From a virus (taxonomy: Duplodnaviria; Caudoviricetes), in the IMG/VR virus record IMGVR_UViG_3300046495_000014, positions 1 to 64,000 of that record: a DNA stretch of 64,000 bases. The stretch is one strand, 5' to 3'. The notes beneath the pieces are model-generated. The model worked only from the letters and a program-made list of their open reading frames with translations. It made no database searches and was not told the DNA's origin. The position numbers were made by a program, and so were the translations under genes. Below are positions 35,438 through 45,114 of the stretch, one piece after another (the first letter of the stretch is position 1; each line of letters starts with the position of its first letter).

Positions 35438-36826
35438 CTAGTTGAGCGCGTGCTCGATGACGATCGCGCGCTTGTAACGCTGTGGACCGCCGGTCGTAAT
35501 GTCGGAGGGAACCGGGAACGAAGTCGAGATCGACCACGTAGCGGCCACGACGTCCTGAAGTCGGTTCATCGGAGCGCGAAGGATAAGCCGCACGCCGTTG
35601 GTATCGACGTTCACGCCGTTGTTGACGACCTGGAATTCGCCGACCTTACCGGTGATGCCGGCTTCGGTGACGTACTGCTTTTCATCCAACGCGCGTTCGA
35701 TCAGAGCGCCTCGACCGGTAACGACGATGCGCCCGATTCCGACGCCGCTTTCGTTGACAGTCTCAGATCCCATATCTTCGGAATACATGGCGCTCACGCC
35801 CGTCGCCGTCATGGCGCCGCTGTTCGTCGACTCAGGGGCTTCGTTGTTCAGGAAGAACGCGATGCCCGCCATCGTCCCGATGAACGCCTGTTGGTAGTAA
35901 GGCGAGTCGGGCAACGCGGTCAGTACTCGTTGGAGAGCCGGGTCCGCGAAGATCTGGCTGTTACCGTCGTTAGAAATGTGGGCGTGGTAATAGCCGTCCT
36001 CGTGCGGCATGACGTTATTCTTGCGCAACCGACTGGTAGCGTTGATCGCGTCCTGCAAGACGAACGTATCGCCGGATCCGATAGCGTCGACGGACGTTCC
36101 GCCGCCGGAGCGGATGACGAGAGGGGCGGCCACGGAAAGTACAGGGGAACGGGCGGCGCAGACTGCGCCGACGGTAGCGTCGAGCAACAGCGTGCCGGGG
36201 CCGTTCGCGTCGTCCGGATTGTCGAGATCGTACCCGATGACGTTTCGCGGACCGGTAGCGCCGGTGATCGTGATCGACAGGGGGGAAGACGGACTAACCG
36301 GGCGGGGTCGAGTGTTGACGCCCTTCGTCACGACGTCGGTAAACCCGTTGACGGAAGCTACGCGGATCGACTTCGAGCCTGACGCGGTAGCCGCGATCAG
36401 CACGGTCTGTCCGCTGAGATACGCCTGGAACAGCGAGTTGCGCGGGATGCGGTTGATCGACATGCCCGCTTGGATTCCCAGCTGATGGATGTTCCGAAGG
36501 AACTGATCGCTATTGCTAACGACGCTGGTGGGAATGTGGGTGTCGATCGTCGACGCGTAACGGCCGAGGGTAGCGCCCCACTGTTCGTACGATACGACCT
36601 GCGGAGTCGGATCCTGGCCTACTGCCAGCGACTTGGTGACGGGGGTAAGCAGACCGGGGCGAGTCATGAAGATCTCGGTGCCGGTGTTCGCGGGCCACTC
36701 TTCCCACGCGGCTTCGGCGCGATACAGCAACGACGGGACTAGGCCGTCGTGAAATGCGCGTTCCAGAAGACCAGACTGCACCAACTCCAACACTGCGGGA
36801 GGAACCCCAACGATCAAACCAGCCAT
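35438..36826 (-). CDS. Major capsid protein (N4-gp56-like)
   Basis: LERAFHDGLVPSLLYR, EQWGATLGRYASTID, ATSRLRKNNVMPHEDGYYHAHI; strong AAGGAG RBS. Confidence 0.85.
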   Translation of the reverse strand: MAGLIVGVPPAVLELVQSGLLERAFHDGLVPSLLYRAEAAWEEWPANTGTEIFMTRPGLLTPVTKSLAVGQDPTPQVVSYEQWGATLGRYASTIDTHIPTSVVSNSDQFLRNIHQLGIQAGMSINRIPRNSLFQAYLSGQTVLIAATASGSKSIRVASVNGFTDVVTKGVNTRPRPVSPSSPLSITITGATGPRNVIGYDLDNPDDANGPGTLLLDATVGAVCAARSPVLSVAAPLVIRSGGGTSVDAIGSGDTFVLQDAINATSRLRKNNVMPHEDGYYHAHISNDGNSQIFADPALQRVLTALPDSPYYQQAFIGTMAGIAFFLNNEAPESTNSGAMTATGVSAMYSEDMGSETVNESGVGIGRIVVTGRGALIERALDEKQYVTEAGITGKVGEFQVVNNGVNVDTNGVRLILRAPMNRLQDVVAATWSISTSFPVPSDITTGGPQRYKRAIVIEHALN

Positions 36827-36996
36827 GACATTGCTCCTTTAGAATAAACGGGAAACGGTCGACGCCTGCGCGCCTGTTGCTTCGCCGCTACGTTCCCCGG
36901 GGAGCCACCTAGTTTTAACCGCCTGGTGGAAAGCGGGGGGTGGGGTGCCGTACCGACTACGAATCTGAACCTATCTGATACCCGACCGGATCGCAA

Positions 36997-37308
36997 CTAA
37001 GGACTTTTGAGGGGTTGCCCGTTCGGGTCGGCGGGTTGGTAGGGGACGACGTTGTTCGCGGCCCGCTGGTACGCGATAGGCAGGCGCCCGAATACGACGA
37101 GCGCGATCCCCTGAACTATCAGCCACGGGTCGGCGGGGAGTATCCCGCGCACCAGCTTTAGCCACCCAGCGCGTCGTGGGTTCCGGTAGCACCAGGCGTC
37201 GATCTGCGACTTCCGTCCGACAGCGACCATCAGAACTAAGTAGAGGACGAACAAGCCGACGTTACGTTGGACGGTAGGGTTCGACGCTAGGGCTAATAGG
37301 TGGGGCAT
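36997..37308 (-). CDS. Two-TM membrane protein (holin candidate)
   Basis: Two hydrophobic helices with basic loop. Confidence 0.55.
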   Translation of the reverse strand: MPHLLALASNPTVQRNVGLFVLYLVLMVAVGRKSQIDAWCYRNPRRAGWLKLVRGILPADPWLIVQGIALVVFGRLPIAYQRAANNVVPYQPADPNGQPLKSP

Positions 37309-37314
37309 CCGCCC

Positions 37315-37342
37315 ATCGTAACGATCCGGTGCGAACTGGCAA
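37315..37342 (-). promoter_or_regulatory. Host sigma70-type promoter, leaderless spacing
   Basis: TTGCCA-N16-TACGAT-N6-ATG(37308). Confidence 0.55.
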
Positions 37343-37347
37343 GCGAC

Positions 37348-37369
37348 GACGCCGGATCGATCCGGCGTC
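37348..37369. repeat. 22-bp palindrome, exact copy
   Basis: 3 nt after stop of beta-helix gene. Confidence 0.97.
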
Positions 37370-37372
37370 AGC

Positions 37373-39067
37373 CTACGGTCGTTGACTGACGTACACCCCT
37401 TGTCCGAGCGGCGTTATGTACCAATCGTATGTTGAAACGTCAGCCGTAGATGTACTCAACGCGCGAAACCCTGTCGTGGTTCGATTCGCAGTGGGAGCCG
37501 AAACCGATGCCGTAGGTACACCACCAGCGTCATCGCGTTCGGTAAGCATTAGTCGTTGTCGAGTCCAATCCACGAACGGTACGGCAACGTTCACATATCC
37601 GGGTGCGGTTCCGCCGATCGTTAGGGTTCCAGACAACGCACCGTCCGAATAAAGCGTGGCTGCCGCCCAGGTCAACGACGAATACGTCGTGCTGGACGAC
37701 TGAGCTTGAACCGCGGTCGTTCCGAGTACGTTCAAAATCCCCGTCGGGGTTACCTTCACCAGCTGGGTGTTGGCGCGTAGTCGAACGCCGATCAAGTTAT
37801 CCCGCCCCGAAATACTCCCGTCGACCGTAACAGACGCCCCGTCTTCTAATTCCAACGCTACGTCCGGAGCGTCGAAGAACTGCGAATCCATAAAGACGAT
37901 GCTTCCGGATTCGCAGCGCAACCGCACGCCCTGCACAATTGAATTCGAAATATACGACGGAGAATGCGCCCCGATCCCAACGTACGATAGGGAATTGGCA
38001 GCCGCTACGGATCCGACCAACAGACTGTTCAGTACGGAACAACCGGCGGGTAACAACTCGTGCATCGGTCTTACGTACGATCCGCAATAGAACGGATTCC
38101 CGTTAGTGATAGCGTCGCCGCCGTACATGTCGCATGTGCAGCTGCACCCCCACGTGTAGGTACCACCAGATCCACCGTATAACCCCAGGCCGCCGGTAAT
38201 CGATAACAATTGGATCGTAGTATAAGACCCACCGTTCGCGTAAAGGTACGCCCCGGCGTTCACAATATTCAGATGAACGAACGTCGGAAGAACAGGGATG
38301 ATCCAATTGTCGTTTACCGACCACGTACCACCCGATGTGTAAATATCGATCGGTACCGACACCCGCGCTACGTTGTTCCCCAGCCCGTGGGGATTAGCTT
38401 TGGCGATAACAGCGACTGACCCCGTAGTCGCGTTTAGCATTACTTTTCCCACGTAGGGGGTAAGGTCAGCCACACCCGTAACGGTAACGTGAGTTCCAAC
38501 GGGGGTCGTTCCGGTATGCGAAACCGGTGAAAATGCCGATACTTTACCAGCTGCCAAATTGGCGTATCCCTCGCCCACGATGTCGAATTCGATTCCGCTA
38601 GCCACGAGCGCGTACGTCAGGAACAACGACCCGTAACTTCCAGGCCTAACGTGAATGACGACTGTGTGGTCCCATTGGATCACATCGAATCCGAGGCGGT
38701 GGTTCAACTCTTCCGCCGTCCGCAATGCGGATCCCAAACTTGTCCCGGTATTGCTATCGTTTCCGTTTGATGAATCGAGATACCAGTCGGTTACTGCCCA
38801 AGCGTTACTATATCGGCTGTACTCACTTTGGACGCTAGCGCGCGGTTGCGCACAACAACCCGGCTTCGTCTATCGTACCGCCGCGCAATCTCAGAATCGT
38901 GATCATCGACGCTGCCGCGGCTAACGCGGGGTTGGGCGTCGGTTCGAGTATCGCCCCGCCGACAGTAGTTTCGCGATCGGATCGACCAGCGAATCAACAA
39001 TCGCGCCCGGCCACAATCGCGATCCACCCGCTATTTGAACCGAATTGATTAGGTAGTAGGTGGTCAT
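37373..39067 (-). pseudogene. Right-handed beta-helix (tailspike/pectate-lyase-like) gene with two compensating frameshifts near the 5' end
   Basis: ATG 39067 is in frame with 37373..38737 but four stops intervene; DWYLDSSNGNDSNTGTSLGSALRT motif lies upstream of the called TTG. Confidence 0.65.
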
Positions 39068-39122
39068 CGGGTGGGGGAAGCTCCTTCCCTCCACCCTACC
39101 AAACCTAGTCCCCCGGCACTAC
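38938..39122 (-). repeat. Direct repeat copy 2: 33-bp promoter plus 44-codon N-terminal module
   Basis: 39090-39122 identical to 45014-45046; 38938-39069 aligns with 44868-45000. Confidence 0.95.
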
Positions 39123-39126
39123 GCGC

Positions 39127-39492
39127 CTAGCCAACGTCCGCGAACGACAGCGGATCCGGGACTACTTCGAACATGTAGTTGTCCTTTTGCGACGTCGCCC
39201 AGGCCGCCCCGTCCACAGTCAACGTTCCGCGCCCGCCTAGTTCGCAGTGCCCGATCTGGTTCGCCTGCAAGATGTAGGTGAAGACGTACACCCCGATGCT
39301 GTTCCGGAGCAACGCTTTGCCTAGTTCAGTCGGCGCCCCGTACACCGTCGCGTCTTCCCGCCCGTCTTCGCTTCGGATCGACGCGATAAACGGAACGGGA
39401 TCGAATAGCTCCATCGCGCCCGATACGGAATTCCGGCGTCGGCAAAAGAACGTGTATTGCAGCGTTGACCCCACCTTGTACTGGTCGCTCAT
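39127..39492 (-). CDS. Ig-like hypothetical virion protein
   Basis: MSDQYKVGSTLQYTF...GVYVFTY; ATGA coupling to upstream gene. Confidence 0.55.
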   Translation of the reverse strand: MSDQYKVGSTLQYTFFCRRRNSVSGAMELFDPVPFIASIRSEDGREDATVYGAPTELGKALLRNSIGVYVFTYILQANQIGHCELGGRGTLTVDGAAWATSQKDNYMFEVVPDPLSFADVG

Positions 39493-42400
39493 CTGGTCAA
39501 TCTCCCGGTAATCGATACCCACACCGACGGTCGTCCTTCGATCTCGACTAGTTCCGCCGGTTCGCCGACGATCGCCACGAACTGTATCGGGGATCCGGTA
39601 ATCGACCAAGGGATCGGAACCGGATTCGTCGTCGTATGGATAACGACCGGGGAACTAACGCTTCGGAATACCGTCGCCGACGTCGCTTGAATAACCCACG
39701 ACAGCGCCGCCGCTACGGGTCCTACCGCTCGCCCCCGACTTACCGGGGCCGCCGTAGCGAACGACGTCGACGAAAGGACGACGGCCGTCGTCGCCCGCTG
39801 TCGACCCGAGGCTACGGGATTGATCGCCGCTCCCGCGCCCGTCGGCGACGTAGTTCGAACGCGTCCGGTCGCCGACGGTAGAATTCCGACGCCAGCCACG
39901 GGAGAAGTCGACGCGCGGAGTAGAACGATCGGAACCGCGGACCACGACAAGAATCCCTGTTCGATCCCCGCCCAGCGACTACGGCTAGCGCTCGTCGGGG
40001 AACTAGTAGCCCCGCCCGTTTCGACGCCCGTCGCCCGCTGTCGAACCGTAGGGGCGACCGACCACGCTACGGATACGCCGAACCCGCCGACGCTGCGCGC
40101 CTGAACGACAGACACCATAGTCGCGATCGACGTTCCCGCAGTTCCGACCGCCCCGACCGATCGTTGTCGACCCGCTGAACTAACGACTACAGACACGACG
40201 GCGCCCGCGGACGTTATGATCCCGCCCGTCGCTCGCTGAATCTGAACAGGCCACCACGCGAATACCGTCATCGTGGCCGTCGACGAAACCGCGGGAGCCG
40301 TCTTCGCCGAACTTAGTCCGGTCGATACCGCGATGGATTCAGAAGGCATGATGCCAGCGCGGTTAGCCGATCCGATCGTCGGCGTCATCGCGTTCGACTG
40401 CGTACCCGCGGCCCGCTGAGTCGCAGCCCCGACTACAGTCGCTCCGATCGATCCTGTCGTAGCCCCGACGGCCCGAACGGTCGTCGCCGAACCGACGACG
40501 CACGCCGCGACCGATCCGGCTGTCGTCGTCGGCGAACCTACGGATCTAACTTCCGACGCCGACGACATCGACGCCGTAACCGTTCCGGAGACTTGCCCGA
40601 CTACGGGACCGCGAACGCCCGACCCCACCGCAGTAGTAACCGCGACCGTTTGCGTCCCAACCGCCCGCTGCGTCGCCGCGGGATTCACTACGCAGGATGC
40701 GACGGCTCCCGCGATCGTCACGGGAGATCCGACCGACAGCGCGCGAACGCTACTCGTCGGCGTCATCGATTCGGACAGCCCCGGCGCCGTAACTGATCGA
40801 CCTACGTTCGATCCGACCGCCGAACACTGAACGAATCCCACAGTCGGTCCTGGCGTTCGCGACTTATTCGCCGGGGCGATCGCCGCTGCAGCCGCGCCGC
40901 CTGCCTGTCCGTTTGCGAGTAGTCGAACGCTGGACGCTAACGCCGTCGATCCTCCGACGACCGATGCCCCGACAGCCCGTTGTGCCGCGGTAGGGCTAGC
41001 CACGCAGGACGCGACCGATCCGGCAACTACGCCCGGGGTAGGTACGTTGACCAACCTCGCGGTTCCCGCCTGCGCCGCGCCCAATGCGATCGCCATCTGA
41101 CTGACGTATCGCGTCGTCAAGCCCGGGGTAGTCGCGCCCAATACCAGTGTCGGCGTCGCGCCGGTCGCCCGCAGAATACTACTCGGCGTGGGCGTCGCCT
41201 GAACGGTCAACGCTGTTGGGCCCGATATGCCGGACCGACCAACTGGGGATTCTCCAAACGTCAGTCCGCCCGCGAGAGGCCCCAAAAACCTAGATCGCGC
41301 AGCTGATGACTGTGCGCTAGTTCCGCTTAGCCCTGTCGGTCCGACGCTGCGCGAAACCGTAGCCGGATTCACGACGGTCGCCGCTACCGATCCGGAGGCA
41401 ACCGAAATCGCCGATATTACCGACCACCGCAAGACCGGCGTCAGTGTGCAGACCGTCGCCGGATTCGTGTCGTCGACGCCCACAGCGGCGTACGCTGAGC
41501 CAGACGCCAGCGCCACCCACTTTCCGCCGCCCGATTTGATAACGGAATATGTCCCGCTGAACGGCAGCGTGACGTTGCACCAGTTTACACCGTCGACCGT
41601 TTGCGCCGCGACGCTACCGGTTCCGGGCACGACGATAATCTTCGTGGCGCTAGCCGCGATGGCTCTCGCCCCGACGCCGGTTAGCGGCCACGTTTGGTAC
41701 TCCCAAGCGGTACCGTTTTGAGACGTCGCATAGCCAGCGTAGTCAGTCTCGGAACACGGAGACACCCAAGTTCCGCCTAGGTTCGCGATTCCGACCCACG
41801 TCTGGTGACCGATCGCTACGCCATCGTCGCCCCAGCCGAGCTCGGCCCACGTCGCGCCGCCGTCGTCTGAAACTTGTTCGAACGGGCCCGTCCCTTCGAT
41901 TACCCACCGCGATCCGACTTCGATCGTATCTTGCCAATGATGACCCTCATTGAGCGGGACCGAATTCCAGTTGATCCCGTCGGTCGTGTTGTAACTATCG
42001 GCGTCCACAAATGCGGCCAAAATAAATTTGCCGCTGGTTGGACCGAACGCGAATGTGTACCAAGTCGCAGCGACTGGCAGCGTGCGCGCCGTCCAGTTGA
42101 TGCCATTTGAACTCGTTAGGTACTGGTCTTGCGCGCCGCCCGTACTGCCGGCAACAATTATCCACAGCGGATTCCCGCCCACCAGACCGTACGCGCACAG
42201 GCACCAGGGCTGCGATGTAATGTTCGTAGAGTTGCAGGACAGCCACGTTTCGCCGCCGTCCGTCGAGTACGCAGGGATCCCGAAAGTTTGAACCGCCACC
42301 CACATACCAGCGCCGTCGGTCGCCAACGCCTGCCAGTCGCCGCTCGCCGGTAACGCTTTTGACGCGAACGTTACAGCTGGTCCCGAATACGTCTTCGACG

Positions 42401-43262
42401 TGAGTGGACTCGAGATCGACGCCGTTGTGGAGACCGCGGTGCCGTCCCGTCCGTTCCCGCTACTGTCCGCGGTGGACCCTTCATTCAAATCCCAAAACAG
42501 CCACGCCCCGGTCGGGAATACTGTCTTGCTCGACTGCGCGATCAGCGCCGCGTCCGACATGGCCGACGCCATCATTCCGACGTACTGCAACGAGCCGCCC
42601 GTCGACAGCCCCAAGTTGAATTCGGTAAACGTGGCGGTAGTCGTGCTCAGGTTGACCACGCCCCACGTTATAGCCCCGCCAGGAGTCGTGATTACTCCGG
42701 CACTAACGGTTGAAGCGTTCGTGAATTTGATGATGACGAAGACCCAGCCCGCCGTGTTGTAAGCGTACGGCGCGATCGTATAGTCACCTTCAAATGCCGC
42801 GCGGAGTTTCAGGAACCCGACTTCGGCCTTGATCGAGTATTTCGAGTCTGGTGCGGGGTAGTCGCCGGTGCATAACTCAAGGGTATTGTGTAGGCCTGCG
42901 GCCGAATCCAGCTTGAGCCACGCGAATACGGTCAGACCGGCAGCGGCGTCGGGAAACGTGTCGACGCGATAGATCTGCCCGGTCCCGTACGGAATTTTGG
43001 CGCCGTTCGCGACGATTACAGACGATCGAACGGCTGCGCCAGCGACGCAGTTGCGAACGATAGGGGACGCGGAATGCGTAGCCGTCGCTGCCATTGCCTC
43101 AGGCTTCGCTAGCCTAGGCCGTAGCACTGGCGTCGCGTAGCAACTGACGTCGTTCGGATTCCCGAGGTAGCCGTCCGTCGTCGTGACGATGGAGCTACGC
43201 GCGTTCGGAATCGTAGGAGTAGGCAAGGGCGCGCTTCGCAGCGTGCCCTGTGCCGTACTCAT
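39489..43262 (-). CDS. Large fibre/adhesin-like protein: LamG-like + Asp-box beta-propeller + A/V/S/T repeats
   Basis: WDLNEGSTADSSGNGRDG; six S/T-x-D/N-G-x-x-W boxes; roughly 600 aa of R-x-V-G spaced repeats. Confidence 0.75.
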   Translation of the reverse strand: MSTAQGTLRSAPLPTPTIPNARSSIVTTTDGYLGNPNDVSCYATPVLRPRLAKPEAMAATATHSASPIVRNCVAGAAVRSSVIVANGAKIPYGTGQIYRVDTFPDAAAGLTVFAWLKLDSAAGLHNTLELCTGDYPAPDSKYSIKAEVGFLKLRAAFEGDYTIAPYAYNTAGWVFVIIKFTNASTVSAGVITTPGGAITWGVVNLSTTTATFTEFNLGLSTGGSLQYVGMMASAMSDAALIAQSSKTVFPTGAWLFWDLNEGSTADSSGNGRDGTAVSTTASISSPLTSKTYSGPAVTFASKALPASGDWQALATDGAGMWVAVQTFGIPAYSTDGGETWLSCNSTNITSQPWCLCAYGLVGGNPLWIIVAGSTGGAQDQYLTSSNGINWTARTLPVAATWYTFAFGPTSGKFILAAFVDADSYNTTDGINWNSVPLNEGHHWQDTIEVGSRWVIEGTGPFEQVSDDGGATWAELGWGDDGVAIGHQTWVGIANLGGTWVSPCSETDYAGYATSQNGTAWEYQTWPLTGVGARAIAASATKIIVVPGTGSVAAQTVDGVNWCNVTLPFSGTYSVIKSGGGKWVALASGSAYAAVGVDDTNPATVCTLTPVLRWSVISAISVASGSVAATVVNPATVSRSVGPTGLSGTSAQSSAARSRFLGPLAGGLTFGESPVGRSGISGPTALTVQATPTPSSILRATGATPTLVLGATTPGLTTRYVSQMAIALGAAQAGTARLVNVPTPGVVAGSVASCVASPTAAQRAVGASVVGGSTALASSVRLLANGQAGGAAAAAIAPANKSRTPGPTVGFVQCSAVGSNVGRSVTAPGLSESMTPTSSVRALSVGSPVTIAGAVASCVVNPAATQRAVGTQTVAVTTAVGSGVRGPVVGQVSGTVTASMSSASEVRSVGSPTTTAGSVAACVVGSATTVRAVGATTGSIGATVVGAATQRAAGTQSNAMTPTIGSANRAGIMPSESIAVSTGLSSAKTAPAVSSTATMTVFAWWPVQIQRATGGIITSAGAVVSVVVSSAGRQRSVGAVGTAGTSIATMVSVVQARSVGGFGVSVAWSVAPTVRQRATGVETGGATSSPTSASRSRWAGIEQGFLSWSAVPIVLLRASTSPVAGVGILPSATGRVRTTSPTGAGAAINPVASGRQRATTAVVLSSTSFATAAPVSRGRAVGPVAAALSWVIQATSATVFRSVSSPVVIHTTTNPVPIPWSITGSPIQFVAIVGEPAELVEIEGRPSVWVSITGRLTR

Positions 43263-43298
43263 GCTCCCGCCGGGTGGGGTCCGGATTATCGCCAAAAG

Positions 43299-43754
43299 CT
43301 ACTCCTGCCAGTTTACGTAACAGGTCATTGATCCGAGAGTCGCGCCCGACGCCACAGCGTTAGCGATACATAATCCGGACGACACAGCGACGATCAACGG
43401 GTCCGGAAACGTCCAGATAATGCCCGAGCCCGCCGTCACGGGTAGGCCCATACCGCGCAGGAACGGACCGGTAGTCGTGAACGTTGGAGCCGCTGACCAC
43501 ACAGTATCAAGAGTAACGGTAGAAGCCCCATCCGCTGGATCTAACGCCGTTCCGGCTATGGACGTCGTTGACGTGCCCAAGCCAGTTGACCTGGCCAGAA
43601 CGAACTGTGGCGCAGTCGTCGGAGCTACCGTGATGAATATGCCCACCTCTGTGATGCGCGCACGTTCTCCCGCCGCAGTCTTCAGCTGCCACATCACGGT
43701 GTTGGCGGTATTGACACCAGCTTTCGCGACACTCACCGACGCGTACGCGCCCAT
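43299..43754 (-). CDS. Beta-rich virion protein
   Basis: Coupled to upstream gene; jelly-roll-like composition. Confidence 0.55.
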   Translation of the reverse strand: MGAYASVSVAKAGVNTANTVMWQLKTAAGERARITEVGIFITVAPTTAPQFVLARSTGLGTSTTSIAGTALDPADGASTVTLDTVWSAAPTFTTTGPFLRGMGLPVTAGSGIIWTFPDPLIVAVSSGLCIANAVASGATLGSMTCYVNWQE

Positions 43755-44638
43755 TACAGCCTCACTAGGCGGTTAGTCGCGTTGCTGAACGTTTCCGTCA
43801 GTGTGCCCGACGTGAGAGTTGCCGGAAGGCCTGAGCCAGTAACCGGGGCGTCGCCAGTATGGCCCGCCGCGATCGGTCCGGAAATAGCGGAAACCGTCAA
43901 CGACTTTTGCCCAGCGGTAGCACCAGCCGACAACGTAGCGGTCACGCCGTTGCTAAGTACGATCGCCGTACCGTTCGCGATGTCGCCTTCCAGAGTGCGC
44001 ACCCAAATCGTAGTAGCTGACGTAGCGGCGTCTGCCGTGACGTGGACATTTGTTTTGCCATCCTGAAACAGAATCGGGATGTTGCCCGCGGTGCCAGGCG
44101 TAGCGCCTAGAGCCAGGAGGAACGCCGAAACAGTACCGGTCCAGGCGGTCCACGAGGCGGGGTCGTCCGCGTCAATGATGCCGTTCGCGTTGATGACACA
44201 GTTGCTCAACGACTTATCCGCCTGGCCTCCGACCTTGGCGCCGTCGACGTCCGCGAACGTCGCGATCTTCGACAGGTTGATCATGCACGCGGTTCCAGCC
44301 CAAGTGCCGTTGCCCGTCGTATTGAGCGGCGTATCTTCGTCCGCCGACTGCAACGACAGGGTAGAGCCCGAAGGGGCAGTCACTCGGAATGTACCGATAG
44401 CTGCGGTGTTACCGTTCGCCCCGTTCGCCAGGATTACGACCAGATCGCCAGCCGCTGCGCCGTGCGCCGACGCCGTTGTCACTACGATAGGGGTGGCGTT
44501 AGTTGCGGCGGTGACTTGGCTAATAGCAGTGTCGGTGAGCGACCCGTCTAGTTTGAGGGGGGTGACGCACGCGCCTGCTAGCCAGCTGGTGGCACCAACG
44601 AGCGCGGTAAGGCCGATCGGAATCACTTGATTTGACAT
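43754..44638 (-). CDS. Virion structural protein with FCCH-like beta insert
   Basis: VTAATNATPIVVTTASAHG..GDLVVI insert inside IDADD...GLPATLTSGTLTETFSNATNRLVRL fold; AGGAG RBS. Confidence 0.6.
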   Translation of the reverse strand: MSNQVIPIGLTALVGATSWLAGACVTPLKLDGSLTDTAISQVTAATNATPIVVTTASAHGAAAGDLVVILANGANGNTAAIGTFRVTAPSGSTLSLQSADEDTPLNTTGNGTWAGTACMINLSKIATFADVDGAKVGGQADKSLSNCVINANGIIDADDPASWTAWTGTVSAFLLALGATPGTAGNIPILFQDGKTNVHVTADAATSATTIWVRTLEGDIANGTAIVLSNGVTATLSAGATAGQKSLTVSAISGPIAAGHTGDAPVTGSGLPATLTSGTLTETFSNATNRLVRL

Positions 44639-44716
44639 GTATTTCTCCTAATTCGTAATCTTTTGGGGTCTACGGTCTACGGTCTGCGACCTGATGGGAG
44701 GATGGCGGGGAGGGGG

Positions 44717-44998
44717 TTAGAGGAGTGCGGCGACGCGCTTGATTGACGGCAGCAATGCGTTGGCTAGCCGCAGATACCCGGCGTTGAGCAGATGCGTCCC
44801 GTCATTGTAAATAGACGCGTCCGTATAGTCAGGAAAGAACTCCGACGCCGCAGCGAACTGATTCGATGTCGGTTCGAGTATCGCCCCTGCCGACTGTAGT
44901 TTCGCGATCGGATCGACCAACGAGTCCACGATCGTTCCAGGCCACAACAACGAACCACCTGCGATCTGAACCGAATTGATTAGGTAGTAGGTGGTCAT
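44717..44998 (-). pseudogene. Internally deleted gene: shared N-terminal module fused to SGNH-hydrolase C-terminus
   Basis: MTTYYLINS...ILEPT joined to YNDGTHLLNAGYLRLANAL (block V DGxH only). Confidence 0.6.
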
Positions 44999-45046
44999 CG
45001 AATAGCCTCGACGTCCACCCTACCAAACCTAGTCCCCCGGCACTAC
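44868..45046 (-). repeat. Direct repeat copy 1: 33-bp promoter plus 44-codon N-terminal module
   Basis: GTAGTGCCGGGGGACTAGGTTTGGTAGGGTGGA identical in both copies. Confidence 0.95.
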
Positions 45047-45114
45047 CGGCACTACCGGAACGACGAACGCCCGGAACCGTAGCGATCCCGGGCGTCGACT
45101 TCAGACCGTATCGG

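Noticed and set aside
38870-38925. Stop-codon reassignment to explain the broken beta-helix gene
   Set aside because: Both TAG and TGA interrupt, other genes end normally at these codons, and a shifted frame matches the paralogue.
44300-44540. Ubiquitin E1 FCCH-like segment as evidence of a ubiquitination system
   Set aside because: This beta module is common in phage structural proteins; no E1 adenylation, E2 or JAB domains are present.
38938-45000. Duplicated segment as DGR template/variable repeat
   Set aside because: Differences are mostly synonymous and not adenine-specific, the repeat is N-terminal, and there is no reverse transcriptase.
44665-45058. Short tandem repeats (GTCTACG x2.5 near 44670; CCGGCACTA x2 near 45037)
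   Set aside because: Too short to assign function; the second merely marks the edge of the duplicated promoter block.
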